From Dicyema japonicum (Eukaryota > Animalia > Dicyemida): a stretch of 64,000 bases of DNA. Both the position numbers and the translations under genes were made by a program. Under the pieces are notes generated by a model. It did no database searches. It was not told the origin of the DNA and saw only the letters and a program-made list of their open reading frames with translations. Every line of letters starts with the position of its first letter. Within the stretch, counting starts at the first letter, position 1. The stretch spans positions 1,689,546 through 1,753,545 of the forward strand of contig RDEW01000003.1 in assembly GCA_011109175.1 (NCBI GenBank), given 5' to 3'. Positions 28,205 through 41,189 of this stretch are shown one piece after another.

Positions 28205-30320
28205 TTAGTTATTTAAGTTATCCCGGCCTCACTAACTTGTAGGAAGCCAGCAGCTATTAAATAGGACGCAGCAAATGGCGGTCGCTCACATAGATCGGTC
28301 AGTCCTGGCATTGTAGACGAACGGTATGCTAATTCATGGCATTCAAATACAGTAAACCCTCATTAATCCTAACTTCAATAATCCGATTTTTTTCGATGAG
28401 TCAGCAAAATTTTAAGAAGTTTCCATATAAACAGGCTTCAATAAACCGAAACTTCCGCAATCCAAAAGACATTTATTAAAAATTTCGGATTAATTTATTT
28501 TTTTATTTAAAATGTAAATTCAATTTGAATTTAAAGTTTTACAGTGCCACGTGGTTAGAAAGAGGACCCAAATTTATATTGAACGGAAAAGAAAAATTTC
28601 AAAAATGATTATAATAATTTATTTTTAATTTTCCGAGAAAATAATTATCCCATATCTGTGAAATAATAAATTAAACTTTATTTGGGAATTTCGAAACTCA
28701 ATAATTCTTCAAAACAGTGACTGGAAAATTGTAAACTTGATAATTCGCTTGTTGAATAGATTTCAAGGATGAATGAAATCAATGGTGTTATTACTGAAGA
28801 TATCATCATTTCAAAAGCTAAGGTATTTGGTAAAAGGTAGAATCAATGATCTGGAATTTAGTAAAGGCTACACTGATTCAAAGGAAGATTTGATCTTAAA
28901 CTAAAAGTTTTTTCACGGAGGAGCCAAAAAGCTTAACACAAGATGAAATTAATTTGAATAGAAAAATATGATTGATAAGTTAAAAGAAGTTGACCCTGAC
29001 GTATTGTTAAATATGGATGAAACTGGAATCTTTTTTTCAATCTTTCCCTTCCAGAACAATTTCATATAAAAAAGAATGGATATAAATCAATCAAAAGTGA
29101 GAATCACTATAGCCAATGCGACTAGAACAATAAAAATTAAATTTTTTGTTATTTGGAAAGTCAAAGATATAAAAGGTTTTGACTTATAAAATTATTTACT
29201 ATGCAAATAAAAGCTTTTTAATGTTTTCATCTTAGCGATGAATTAAAATATTAAGGAAAAAAGTTCTTTTAAAAAGTTATTTTTACTCCAAGCCACTTTT
29301 TAACGAAATTTTTTGAAAATTAAAATTTTAAGAAATTTTGTGAATTTACGGAAGGCCATAATTATGAAATCTCACGCATGAAGTAAAAAAGACACAAAAA
29401 AAATTGTTTCAAAAGGATATGGGCAATTAAATGTCTTGATTAATTTGTTAATGAAGATATCATGAAAGATCCTGTTTTGCATGAGTACAAAAAAGAACTG
29501 TAAGAACTTGCTAATGAAATAAAATAACTCAAACAGAAACGCTTGACGAGAACGAATAATGTCGACGAGGAAATTATTAGTGCTGAAAATGGAGAGATTG
29601 TATTATATTTTAAAAAATAAATATTAATTACAATGAAATTAGTATTTTTATTTCCTTCACAATCAGAAAGGCATCCAATTTATTTTTGTTTGGATTAATG
29701 AGGGTTTACTGCATGTGATTTGTTGTCAACACGTAAAGGTTGCATAAAAGACAGAGGACATCGTACGTCAGTAGAAGGGGTGGTGCCCACATCGTGGACG
29801 TCCTTCGGAAAAGAGGATTCTGATTGGTCTATTGGAGATGGGGGGCCTGTGTAGTATTTTATTATCATTGAGTCTTCGGATGCTTCTCATAGAAACAAAA
29901 TCGTGTATCTGTTTCAGACGACTTCGGTCATTGGGGCTGGAAGAGATGGATGATAGCATTTGAAACAGGTCACTGGTTGTCATAATAATTTTTCTTTTGT
30001 TTTGGGGTTTGCATAGAAAGTGACAGGTTAAGGCTTGGGAGAGAAACTGCAGAGCTTTCATTTCCAAATGGTCTCCAATTGGAAGGATATTTGATTCACA
30101 ATCAGGTCATCCGTATATGATAGAAGTTTTTTAGAATTGGTTGGACTATTGCTTAGGTGCAAATAGAATAAGGTAGGAGACAAAATTCAGCCTTGGGGAA
30201 CTCAATTAGAAAGGTATCAATAGTGAGATAGACAAAACATAATTTCAACCCGACTAATTCTTCAAGAGAGGAAATTTGTTAGCCAATTCTGAAGACGTGG
30301 AGGTGATTATGAAGACCAGA
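28205..30320 (-). mobile_element. Vingi-like LINE 3' part (family with C-terminal Zn-knuckle region), split by a Tigger
   Basis: Homologous to 47640-50760: RCGHHP motif and 3' end GCGTCCTATTTAATAGCTGC...GAGGCCGGGATAACTTAAATAACTAA. Confidence 0.85.
28350..29711 (+). mobile_element. Degenerate Tigger/pogo element
   Basis: TIRs CAGTAAACCCTCATTAATCC / GGATTAATGAGGGTTTACTG, with an LNMDETG remnant. Confidence 0.85.
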
Positions 30321-31121
30321 TCTATGGGAACGACCGGCATTTGCTGCGTCCTATTTAATAGCTGCAGGCCTCTTACAAGTTTGTGAGGCCGGGGTTACTT
30401 AACTAACTAATGATTACGCAACCTTGACACACCTTAGAGGAACCTCGAATGTTTTCTTAAGAGAACCCCCTATAGAGTAACCCATGAGTCACCTTAGAGG
30501 AACATAAAATCTCTGCTTAAGAGAACGACTGATTGCCTGTCACTTGGAAAATTCAGATATGCAGACTACTGTGCAAGAGCAGAATGATCTAACAAGGATC
30601 TTCTTCATGAGCGGAAACAAAAACATTTAAAAAGAAATTTTGATTTTCTGTAATAATTTAAGTATAATTTTTAATGATTGTATGAGAAATTACATCCAAC
30701 GCTTCCTTTGATAGTTACTTCTGGTTTTCGAGTCCCCTGAATCTGTCATCTCATCCATGCTCTCGAGAAAGAAGACAAGGTCTATGCTGAGATTGTTCGA
30801 ATACATAAAGTTTATCACGTTAATCGGGCGACTTTCAGGACTAGACACGTTATTATCTTAACCACCGGACCAATCTTTGATTACAAGAAACAGAAAATAT
30901 ATTTTTGTAGATCGGAAATGAAGACCATGAGAAACTATTAAGACAAGTGAGGGTAACTGCCTTCCGTCTGAAAGACTCTGATCTGACCTTATACGTCATT
31001 ATTGGTTAGTAATGACTTGGTGAAGAAGGACCCTACGGAGAAGTCCAGACCCTTAGAAAGGACCCATGGTATTTAAACTCCGCATCACGTTTAACCTTAC
31101 TTAATTTCTGTTAACAAAAAT

Positions 31122-31707
31122 TCATCCACTAAATCTATTTTTTAGTTTCCTCTCGTAATAAATATCATCCCCCGTCTTAAATTCAAGTCTAAAAACGTAA
31201 AACAAGAATTGACTCTTTGATAGTAGAATTGTCACTCTTCAGCCGCGTACCGTTGTGAACTAACCAATATGTCCTCCAAATGTGCTTCCTGCAATGACAG
31301 TGTATTAAAACCAGCTAATCTTCTCATTTATGGATCTTTTAGAAAGATACTTCTCAGTGTTGACCCTCAAAATGCTCTTCAACTGTTTCACCGTTGCATT
31401 TGAAGGTACGGTTATATCTGTGTTATATCAAATGAGACCTATTTTCCTATTATCTGCTCGATTCACATGCAGCAATAAAGAGTCGGAATATTCCACAGAG
31501 ATAACATTTTTTAAATCCCTAAAATGTGCATTTTTAGGGATTTTATGGAGTATTGGGTCATCCTTTAAATCAATAAAATATAATACTTTAATGATATCAC
31601 TTATCTTGTCATACGCCCATTTTACAAACGAATCAATTGGTTCTGAAATGTATAACTTAATTATATTATAGAAAAGAGTATTAAAAATCACAACAACCTT
31701 CACCCAT
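31122..31707 (-). CDS. SNRNP25: U11/U12 snRNP 25 kDa protein (minor spliceosome)
   Basis: Spliced translation: ...IIKDDPILHKIPKNAHFRDLKNVISVEYSDSLLLHVNRADNRKIDITVPSNATVKQLKSIL...ISWKHIWRTYWLVHNGTRLKSDNSTIKELEFKTGDDIYYERKLK. This parallels DPLL..LP, ALEYG, ATVLDLK and ISWSYVWRTYHL of SNRNP25. The first exon is tentative. Confidence 0.85.
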
Positions 31708-31799
31708 TTATACAAAATAACCACCAACACTAAACTGTTTATCTTTTATTTTAATTAATATTTAATAAGTTCACTTAATCAATAAAAATATAAGAATTA

Positions 31800-33160
31800 A
31801 TCATCCGGACTAACAAAAAGTTAATAAAGTTCAACAATAACCCCGAAAAGGAACACCAAAAAAGAAGGAGTAAACCAACTAATTAAGTGATCCCGGTACG
31901 CCTCAACAGAATCGAGAGGTTTCGATTATGCTAGATCTCCAATATCTTCACTTTCTTATCTCAAATTATTATACAAACAGTATATTCTACCGACAATGGA
32001 ACATGCATGTATGGCGTACACCCTTGTCAATATCCACGCAGAACAAATTAGAGGTCATACAAAACCAATGCTTCCGGATCCTTCTTAAATGTGACAGAAT
32101 GACACCTACGTCAGAAATGAGGAACACATTAGATCTCAAAAAAGTTATGGAACATCTCGGTGACGAACAACAAAAAATCTTGAAAATGGTGCGATCTTCT
32201 GGTGACCTCCCTGAAGAAGAGTTTCCTGCCTACCAGAACTATGCTCGCAAATTTGAGATCAAACCTTCCCCCTTTTGGACGATCATAAAAAAATTGCAAA
32301 GTCGAAACAAAGGAGGACGCACTGACACCGGGATCACTTAATTAGACGATAACTTTTTCCTCTTTCCTGTATTCTCAGGGTTATAATAATAATAAAGTTC
32401 AACAACACCACATGGATCGACTACTCGAATGGTTTAATAAAAATCGGATGTCAATCAATACAGAAAAATCTGTTACAACTCTCTATACTTAGGACAAAAT
32501 ATTGTCGAACATGACAATAGAATTTACACCTGAGGGAAGAGCATTGCCGTTCAGCAAATGGCAAAAAATAATGAGTCTGACTTTCGATACACACATGAAC
32601 TTTTCGAGACACGTAACTAACGTGCTGAACAAATGTGAGAAGAAAATCAACCTTCCGAAATGCCTAACAGGTCTATGGAAAAATGTACATCACCCTATAC
32701 TTAAAACGCTCTACTCACAGTACATCGAACCATGCATTTCATATGCGTGTACTTCATGGGAACCAATGGCTTCTTATACGAAAAAAAATCTCTGCAACCC
32801 TGAAAAATGCCTTCAAACTAACTGAGAGATGGTATACAGGGGAAAACATTAAATAACCGACGCCCATGGAGAAACTAATCAGAAAAAACAAAAATGGACA
32901 CAAATGCCGAAAAGGAATTGCTCGCCCGCAACGAACTTGTGTAGTCTCAAGGTATCAATATCGAGCAAAAATGAGACCCTTGATCCAATTCGTCGGGATC
33001 ACTCAGTTAGTTTTTATCGGTTTAACAGTGGTCTTTGGAATTAATTTTAATTTAAAATTTAAGAGATAGTTACAGTTTACCTGGTCTTTTCTGGAGCGTG
33101 TTGGGATCACGTGAATTGTTAGTTTAATATTACCATGGTCTTTGGAATTTTTTATTTCAT
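31800..33160 (+). mobile_element. Cluster of LINE 3' fragments: a host RT fragment interrupted by a composite insert (31838-32389), plus an extra 3' end
   Basis: The host reads VNKVQQ|HHMDRLLEWFNKNRMSIN across a 16-bp direct repeat. GGGATCAC modules occur at about 31890 (-), 32330, 32996 and 33103. Confidence 0.8.
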
Positions 33161-33770
33161 TTCAGATCATGCAGCCAACTCTTAACTAACGTTACATGGG
33201 TAATAGTTCTCTCTTTTACCTCTCTACACGAGTTGTCCTCCTTTCAAGAAGCTGCCAATAATCATTGGAGCATTCAAATCCAGCCACTCAAAGCACATCT
33301 CGTAGTACGACAGCGTAATTCGCCATACTAAGCAGTCCTATAATCAAAATCCTGTTCAAATACGTTGAAACCCATATACGGGGTGTACCATGTCTAATGA
33401 AAGGGGAAATACAAGATGCTGTCCCCGACGACTTCGTTTTCTTCCATGTCGGTCCGAGATCATTTAGTAGGTTAGTTATATTATTTTGCGAGCTGTAAGA
33501 TTCTGACGATGCTGGTCAAAGGATTCCTTTCTGCTCTGTGCTTTCTTCACACGTCCAGTTACTAACCAACAGATTTAATGAGACTTAACCTTAACTCAAC
33601 CTTTTCCTTAATATCCGCGGTTATTGATAAATTCTGAGTTTGTCGTTTACTTATTAGGATGTCATACGACAACAGTACTCCTTGGGACCTGATTTTTGAA
33701 AAAAGGCACTTACAAATAATAATTCAATAGAAGAGAAAGGGCAGCTGCTATATAACCGTTTAACCTATAT
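33160..33770 (-). pseudogene. Possible intron-containing gene remnant, product unknown
   Basis: Several 19-28 nt GT...AG candidates (e.g. GTAAGTGCCTTTTTTCAAAAATCAG) separate open stretches, but in-frame stops remain. Confidence 0.3.
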
Positions 33771-33922
33771 AACCATTTACTCTCTTTTCTTTCCTTAATA
33801 AAAATATTATATAAAAAAAGAAGAGAAATATAAGTTATCTGTCATGGATTTGCAAAATAACGAATATATCGGATACGGTAGAATGCGTAATGTGCAATCA
33901 GATAATGCCGAATACCTCTCTT

Positions 33923-35161
33923 GGTGTCCAGACATTTGGCCGACAGATATTAGGCAGACAGGACATTTAGCCTACATGAAATTCTGGTTTTAAAATTCAG
34001 AGATAAAATTCAAGATAAAAACATTTACTTAAAGGTTATGGGAAAGCGCAGTCAAAAATTCTAATAAAGTGTATTCATCAAATTTTTCAATAATACTGTT
34101 TATCCTTTTGTTCACATCCTGGTACTTCTTCATTACTTGTCTTATTGTTATTGCGGCCATCACTTGTTCTACTGTGAGCTCCCACTCTGACTGTTCTTTT
34201 CGTATTTTTGCAACAAACCGACAAACGGTTGGATGTTTTATAGACACTCTGTGAAAAAGATCTTTCAAGTGAATTCGTAGTTTTTGAGAGGCTTTCTGCC
34301 TGTCTGTCGTGTACATTCCACATTTCCAAACTAAACAATGGTCTTCTTCTCCTTCCACGTTGCAAGGCTCCGATCCATGTTGTTTCAAAATAGTTCAGAA
34401 AATCTCCCAACACGTCATCAGTCTCGTCATCTATAGTTTCAAGGAGCGCTCGGAAACTCTTAATGACTTGAGGTACAGGAACAAATGCCAGTGCTTGAAT
34501 ACTTTTAATTAAGTTTTCATTTGCGGGGTCATTATACCATGGTTGCAGTCCTAGATTTTGTATTTTTTGTATTTTTCGCCAATTTGAGAATTGGCCAATT
34601 AGAGAGACTTTACTGTATAAGCAATTCATCACTATCGTGTAGCACAAAATCATCTCCTCTGAGAGTACTTTTAAGTTCATCAGTTAGAACATTACTGTCT
34701 TGTATTTGATCTGTACGCTGTCGTCGAACAGTACGTGCAATGGTTTCTTTTTTGGGTAGCGCACAAGCAGCATCAATAGGGTATGGGCTTAAACAATTTT
34801 TAATAACTGTGGATGTAGTTTCTTCAGAATCTTTCGCTCTCTTCTTTATCGTATTGACGGTTTTCAGCGCATGTAAACGTCCTGCATTTGGTGGATGTTC
34901 GTGTGGTGTCATAGTTCCATTAAGTTCTTAGTTAACAGTTCTTACTCTGCCTTTGCATTTTCCTTTCAGCTCACATCTTTAATATATGACATTGTCTCTG
35001 TCTAATGTACGCATAGCCATCATGCAGAAGTTTTCTCTTTCCACGAGTGGTTTGTGAAAATTCCAGTTTTTACCGTTATTAAAATACATAGTGTATTTAT
35101 TGATTATTTATGCTTAATTGATTTGTCGGCTAAACGTCTGTCGGCCAAATGTCCTAGTACC
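33923..35161 (-). mobile_element. MULE (FLYWCH-type) transposon, internally deleted
   Basis: TIRs GGTGTCCAGACATTTGGCCGACAGA / TCTGTCGGCCAAATGTCCTAGTACC with TSD CCTCTCTT. Protein motifs CELKGKCKGRV..HEHPP, ALAFVPV, YFETTWIG and WNVH...TTNSLE. Confidence 0.9.
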
Positions 35162-35289
35162 CCTCTCTTGCTCCTGCGAAGCTTTCCAGACATTTGTCAA
35201 TGAAACACAAATCTTTTCATTCCATAGTAAATTCGCTCTCAATCACGAGAGCTGCTTACTAATTTATTTTTTAATTTAACCACAAAAAA

Positions 35290-36530
35290 TTAACTAATCC
35301 CGATATTCTTTAGGACGGATGCAATGAACTTCCGGTTTTCGGATACAAAGCTTCATTAATTTATTCAGATTGAGCTGGCATTTTTTGTTATCTTCGTATT
35401 CCGAGTTTTTCAGACGCCACAACATCTTCCACATGTTAGGAATTGAGGTCTGATTATTCATGCCGACATTCGCATGAGTTTCTTCTTTTGGATGTTGTGT
35501 TTTTCGTGACCAGAATGTTTAGTGCCCTGATTCGGTTAATGACGTCTCGTGATCGATGTGTCATTCTCTTAAGGATGTTTCCATAATTATTTTCTTTGTT
35601 TTTGAGTCGTATTTTAATTTTTCGTTATTAGTAAACATATCAAACTTTATTTAACCAACATAAATTTATTTCGTTTTTATATATGCTTTTCTGATAAAAA
35701 TATCTCCCGTTAATGATTGTTTTGTTGAAATAGTATACAGCTTTGTCTATGGAGGAGAAATTTTCAGGGTGGAAATTTTGCAATTTGAATCAACAAAATT
35801 TGTAAAGCCAGTCCAATTTGCATTTTTGTAATCATAGAAATGAATAGGTTTCGGTACAAAACATGGTTCGTAATCAGCTACATAATTATTGAATGGTGGT
35901 CACTCCAGAGGTTATAACGGACCGTCCAATTAATGATCGGGGAAAGACGAGGCGAGCAGATTGATAAGTCAGAAGATGTAATACATCCTTCGTGTTGTTT
36001 TAGTGCTCTTTTTCGAATTGTTGATGATTATTAAGTTTTGCATTTAGGATAATAGCAGGTTTCCTGTTATCAGCGAACTGGTCGCGGAACCAAGAGGGGT
36101 GCTTCGCATTCAGGTCTCCACATAAAAGCAAGTTCTCCAGTTTGTCCAAGGTAGATAGGTCAAAGGAGAAATTTTTCTTGCAGGAGCCAGGAGGAGGAAC
36201 ATAAACATTCGCAATTTCAATTTTTCCAATGGAAGTTATAATAGAGATTCCAATTATCTCCGTGTTCGAGTCTTCTATTAAGGTTTTGTAAAGAGAAAGG
36301 TTCTTGAAGTATTTATTCCTTTTCTCACAAGAGTCAGTAGACCCCCTCCTTGGCCAGATGGGCGGTAGGATCTTACTGTGGTGTATCCGTTAAAGAGAGG
36401 AGTAGGAATGTTATTTGAAAGCTTCGTTTCTTAGAGAAAGCAGATATCTACTTTGTTCCTCTCCAAGAATAAGAAAAGTTCGGCAATCTTTCCTCTGATT
36501 CTGTTTATGTATACGCTCATGATTGTTAAC
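35290..36530 (-). mobile_element. Fragment of the same LINE family as 52845-55970 (APE and linker)
   Basis: Near-identical in reverse complement to about 53340-54520. Confidence 0.9.
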
Positions 36531-36848
36531 GTCTTCTACCGTGGATAGCCACCGAGTCCTCAGTCGACAAGGTCTTTCTTCTCTTCCCAGTAATATTGCT
36601 CAGAATAATGGTTCATTCCAGGAAATCAGAGCGGACAACGTGCCCCAAATAACGCCAATCTGTGTTTTACGATTCTTCCTTTAGCGAATGACGCACGTTA
36701 AAAAAATTATTATTTATTTAATAACCCCGAAAAGGGAACACCACGTTAAAAAAATAATAGAATTAGTAAAATTCCTGGTTATTAATGCAAATTAAATATA
36801 TTTACTAAGAACAAATTAACAATAAAAGAAAGAAAAATTAATTATTTT

Positions 36849-38200
36849 CTAGATAATTTATAATTACGTGAATGTTTTTGACTGTTGGAAACATTTTCAG
36901 TGAAAAAAGTCTCATCACTCAAAATCCTTAGCACATAGTCCGTAGGAAAAGGAGGGATCTTCGCTTTTTCGAACGACGAAACAACTAATATTAGTCCACC
37001 CAATTAAACCTTCATGGACATCTTCATCATGAATAGCCTTTTCTTCCAAAACTTCATCCTTAGCTAAGTGAGAAAACGCCTCAGTCTAAAAATAAATATC
37101 ACTCATACACTAGAGTTCTTTAACGCAGAGATTTGTACGTTATTCTCAGAGGTAACCGGAGGATTCTTTATTTGTCGGTTAGTATTCTTAGTCTGATTCT
37201 TCCTTGCTAAAATATAGACATTAACTTTACTACCATTCGAATTTGAAGAACTAAAATACAAAATAAAACAAAACCGATATTTCTTTGAATTATTTAAACT
37301 TAACGTGGTCTTCGCCCCATCAATATTAAACGAAATTTCCTCAAAAGAAGAATCCGACAGGAATCCAAAGTCAAAGTGCATGTTGTGTACTGAAGCCTTG
37401 TTAAAACTTCAATAAACCAAATTTAAACTTTTTTCTCTCTCTAGTGCCTCGGAAGCCATCTTCTTTCTTTGATTTCTGCAGGAATGACATTGCTTAATAT
37501 TACCTGAGTAGCACGAGATTTACTATTGGCGTGAGAGTCATTCTACAAATCGGTTAATAACAAACGTTTCTGTTGTTCTCCGACTTTTGTTCATTGAATT
37601 CTCCAAGCTTGAAAGAATCAGCAACGTGATTTACACTACACCTAACAATTATTTCAACCTCGTATCAGCTTCTTTGATACAAACATCCCCAGATTTATTA
37701 CATTTAATCTGATCAGCATAGTCGACAGCAGGGGTGGGATTGTCTATAATTTACTAGAAAAGGGGACCAGGTTTTGTAGGAGAATTTTCAACGGAAATGT
37801 TATCAATATAATCGTCTCCATAATTGGGATTCCTAAACATAAGCGGAAAAGACCAATACGATAAGTAGTAGTCGGCATTAGTAATATAGTTGCTTTCATT
37901 CTGAGTAACAGAGTTGTTTTTAGGTTGGGTCTCCGTTTTGGAAGAATCCCACGCATTTTGAGAATAAGGATTCACCGTAATGTAACGATTGTCTAAGAAA
38001 CTTAAATTCAAAATTATGCCTCTCTGGTCTGGAGATTAATTAATCTTGCTTGAAGAAGATCTTGTATTCTCGGGAAAAGAAGAGGCTTCGGCAAGCGTCT
38101 TGAATCTAGGGACGAGTATTAAGGCGATTGTTTCGCATAGAAAAATTGCTTTTCCCTTCTATAATTAAAAAAAACTATAACCGTTGTTTTTTGAGTTGAA
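36849..38200 (-). CDS. Orphan multi-exon protein (5' end uncertain)
   Basis: Several 22-28 nt GT-AG introns link ORFs 37754-38011 and 37103-37381 into one frame ending ...DETFFTENVSNSQKHSRNYKII*. No family recognised. Confidence 0.55.
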
Positions 38201-39129
38201 TTTATTTCATTATTATAATTTTCATTCTAAAACTAAAAATCATTCAATATAATTAAAATAATTAAGAAAAAAGATGGAATAAATTGAAGCCACATACAAA
38301 GTCACGATAACCAACAAACCTTTAAAATGTATTCAAATTTATTATTAAAATTAATATTATTTAATTAATAAATAAAAATAAACATTTCAAAGAGGAGAAC
38401 CACGAATAATATCGACTAATATGTCTACCAAGCATTTTAAAGTTTTGTTACTCATATTTTTTTATTCGAGATTGGCTCTTGGAATACACCGAAGTTAGTG
38501 AAAAGATCGGTTTTATGCAAATATGTCTCAACAGCTATTTTCTCTAAAAATTACGCAAGTATTGCAAATTCACGTGAAACTGCTTAAAAATAGGCAACAT
38601 TAACAGTTAGTCTCCTGGGTGATCTTGTTGAAAGATCGTCATTTAATTTCTCCCAATTGTTAAAGCGAGACCCAAGCTAATTGAATCCTAGTCGACTTAG
38701 ACTTACTACTGACTAGCTTGTGCTCTTGAGAGCAAATCCTAATGAACTTTGTCCCGACTATCCCAACGTGATTTTTATAAGATTGCCAGTAACTTTTGTA
38801 CACATGCCAACCTCATCTCAATCAAAGATCAATCACTCATGTTCGATCTTAAATTCTTCAATAAATGGAAAAAACTGGGCTATTGCATACTAAGAGGATC
38901 ATAATAAAAATACCAATTTTTAGAGAAAATTTACGTTAAAGTAGTGAATTTCTTCACTTGCACCTTTCATGTTTTCTATATGCACCAGATCGAATTTCTA
39001 TATGCACCATAGATTTCCATTAGGGCTGATGGTTATTTGAGCGAATCTCGCAATCCTAAAGAGGCGGCCCTGACTGTTTCTTAATGTAATAAATAATAGT
39101 GTATATTCAACAGTTTAGCTTTAATAGAT

Positions 39130-39563
39130 TTCATAACAACACATTTTTATACGGCGCAGAATCATGGATACTGAAAAAGGCGGATAAACTAAAAATTGAT
39201 GCTTTTGAACTTTGGTGCTGGAGGAGCTACTAAGAATCTTTTGGACTTCAAAATAACAAACACCGATGTATTCAAACAAGTGGAGACGGACATTTCGCTA
39301 GAATCGTAAAACACAGATTGGCGTTCTTTGAGCATGTTCTCCGCTCTAATGCCCTGGAAAGAATTATTATGCTGAGCAATATTACTGGGAAGAGAAGACC
39401 TGGTCAACCGAGGACTCGGTGGCTATCCACCGTAGAAGACTTCACAGGAATGCTTATATCAAGTCTAATCCGAATTGCGACGGATCGGGGAGAGTGGAGA
39501 ATATTGGCTCATGAGATCTCCAAGGGTCGGACACGACTTAATTTGGATAACATAAAGAATTGA
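39130..39563 (+). mobile_element. RTE LINE 3' remnant
   Basis: FELWCWRS and FFEHVLRSNALERIIML..ITGKRRPGQPRTRWL are typical of the RTE C-terminus. Confidence 0.8.
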
Positions 39564-39574
39564 CTTGATCAGTC

Positions 39575-41187
39575 TACCTCACCGGATGTAACACTCTGCT
39601 CATCGTCGCTTTCATCAAAAATTGATTGGTCAGTCCTCTACGAAACAAGAAGCGACCATAATCCAATTGTGAAGGTCATGAGAGAAGTCAGAGTGAGGAG
39701 AACACCTGCTAGTCATAACTACAAAGCTGCTAATTGGGAATTGTATCGCGCAATCTCTGATGATAGACTGAAGAATTGTTACTTGGTCAGCTTCAAATCG
39801 CTAGAAAAAGCGATCAAATACTTTACTTGCACAATCCTAGAAGCAAATTCCCAAGCATCGTCTAAATTCCTCTAATGGTCGAGGGAAGTCGGCATTGATC
39901 AAAGTAAGAAATCACCTCAAATAATCTAATTGGATCACATTAAAAACGAAACTCCGGATCAGAGCTCTAAACAACGAAATAAAGTCCAGAAAGTTCAAGG
40001 CCCAGAAATTGAAGTTGAATCGGATTTTTACAAGGTAAATCGCAACCGTAGTACCGGAGAAGTGTGGAAAGCCATCCGAAATGTTGCAAAGGACGAAGAA
40101 ACTTCCCCGAGGATGACTATACTTAACGAGACGTTAACAATTTGATAAAATTCTACACAAAAAGTTCGTACAAAGAACACAGGGAATCGGAAGTGCTTCT
40201 CACTTCACGCAAAAAAAAACTGAAAAAGGATTCTAACCCAGTTCACTTCTCGGACGAAGACGTGAAGAATGCGCTGCATTTTACAAGAACAACGTACTCT
40301 GCCGGTCCTGACAACATTCCAGTAGTGTTATTGAAGAACCTTGGAGATATGGGAGTCGGTATTCTAACGTCGATTTTCAACTATTCAATTAATTGTAATG
40401 TAATACCGTTGTCATGGAAGCAAGCCAATATCCGACCTATACTGAAACTTGGAAAACCTAAGGGAGATCCGGCATCATTTAGACCAGTGTCATTGTTATG
40501 TTCCGTATCGAAAATCCTGGAGAGGCTTGTGCTTGGGAGAATTAAGGCTTTCTTACCAGAAAAGGATTTTCAACACGGATTCAAGAGCGATTGTCTACAT
40601 CAACGTACCTACAGAAATTAACCAACTTCATTAGAGATGGATTTTCAAACAAACTAAGGTATTTGAAGACAGTCTTATGTTCCATTGATATTAACAAGGC
40701 TCTTGATTCTAGTTCGAGAAAAATATTATCAAAGAAAATTTTCCAGTCGGAGATCCCGGGGAAGCTTAAACTTTGGATAACAAATTTCTTAAGGGACGTG
40801 TATGTCCCGGAGGACTGAAATCAGTATCGCGTTTTCTTTCAAACGCTGTCCCCAAGGATCTCTTTATCCCCCGCTTTATTCAATTTATACCTGGTCGACC
40901 TCCCGACACCGGAATCCAACAACGATGTTCTACTCACATATGCGGACAAGTTAAAATTGGACAACATTGAAATCCCCTTCACCAAATGTCAGAAGATCCT
41001 GGGCGTGACACTGGATACACACTTATGTTTGTCACCACACGTGGCAAACATTGTTCTGAAGTGCGAGAGGAGGATCAATGTATTTAAATGCTTATCTGGA
41101 ATATACCCACCCGGTCTTGATGAACATTTACATCACGTGATAGTTAGTTTTGGTTTTACCGTAGTCATGGGTGTTAAATAAATAAAT
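39575..41187 (+). mobile_element. 5'-truncated, internally deleted second copy of the 12815-15792 LINE family
   Basis: Long near-identical stretches to 13715-15795, with several internal deletions. Confidence 0.95.
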
Positions 41188-41189
41188 CC

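Noticed and set aside
30430-30527. Short imperfect tandem duplications (also 3650-3723 and 56066-56128)
   Set aside because: Only two to three local copies, with no sign of function.
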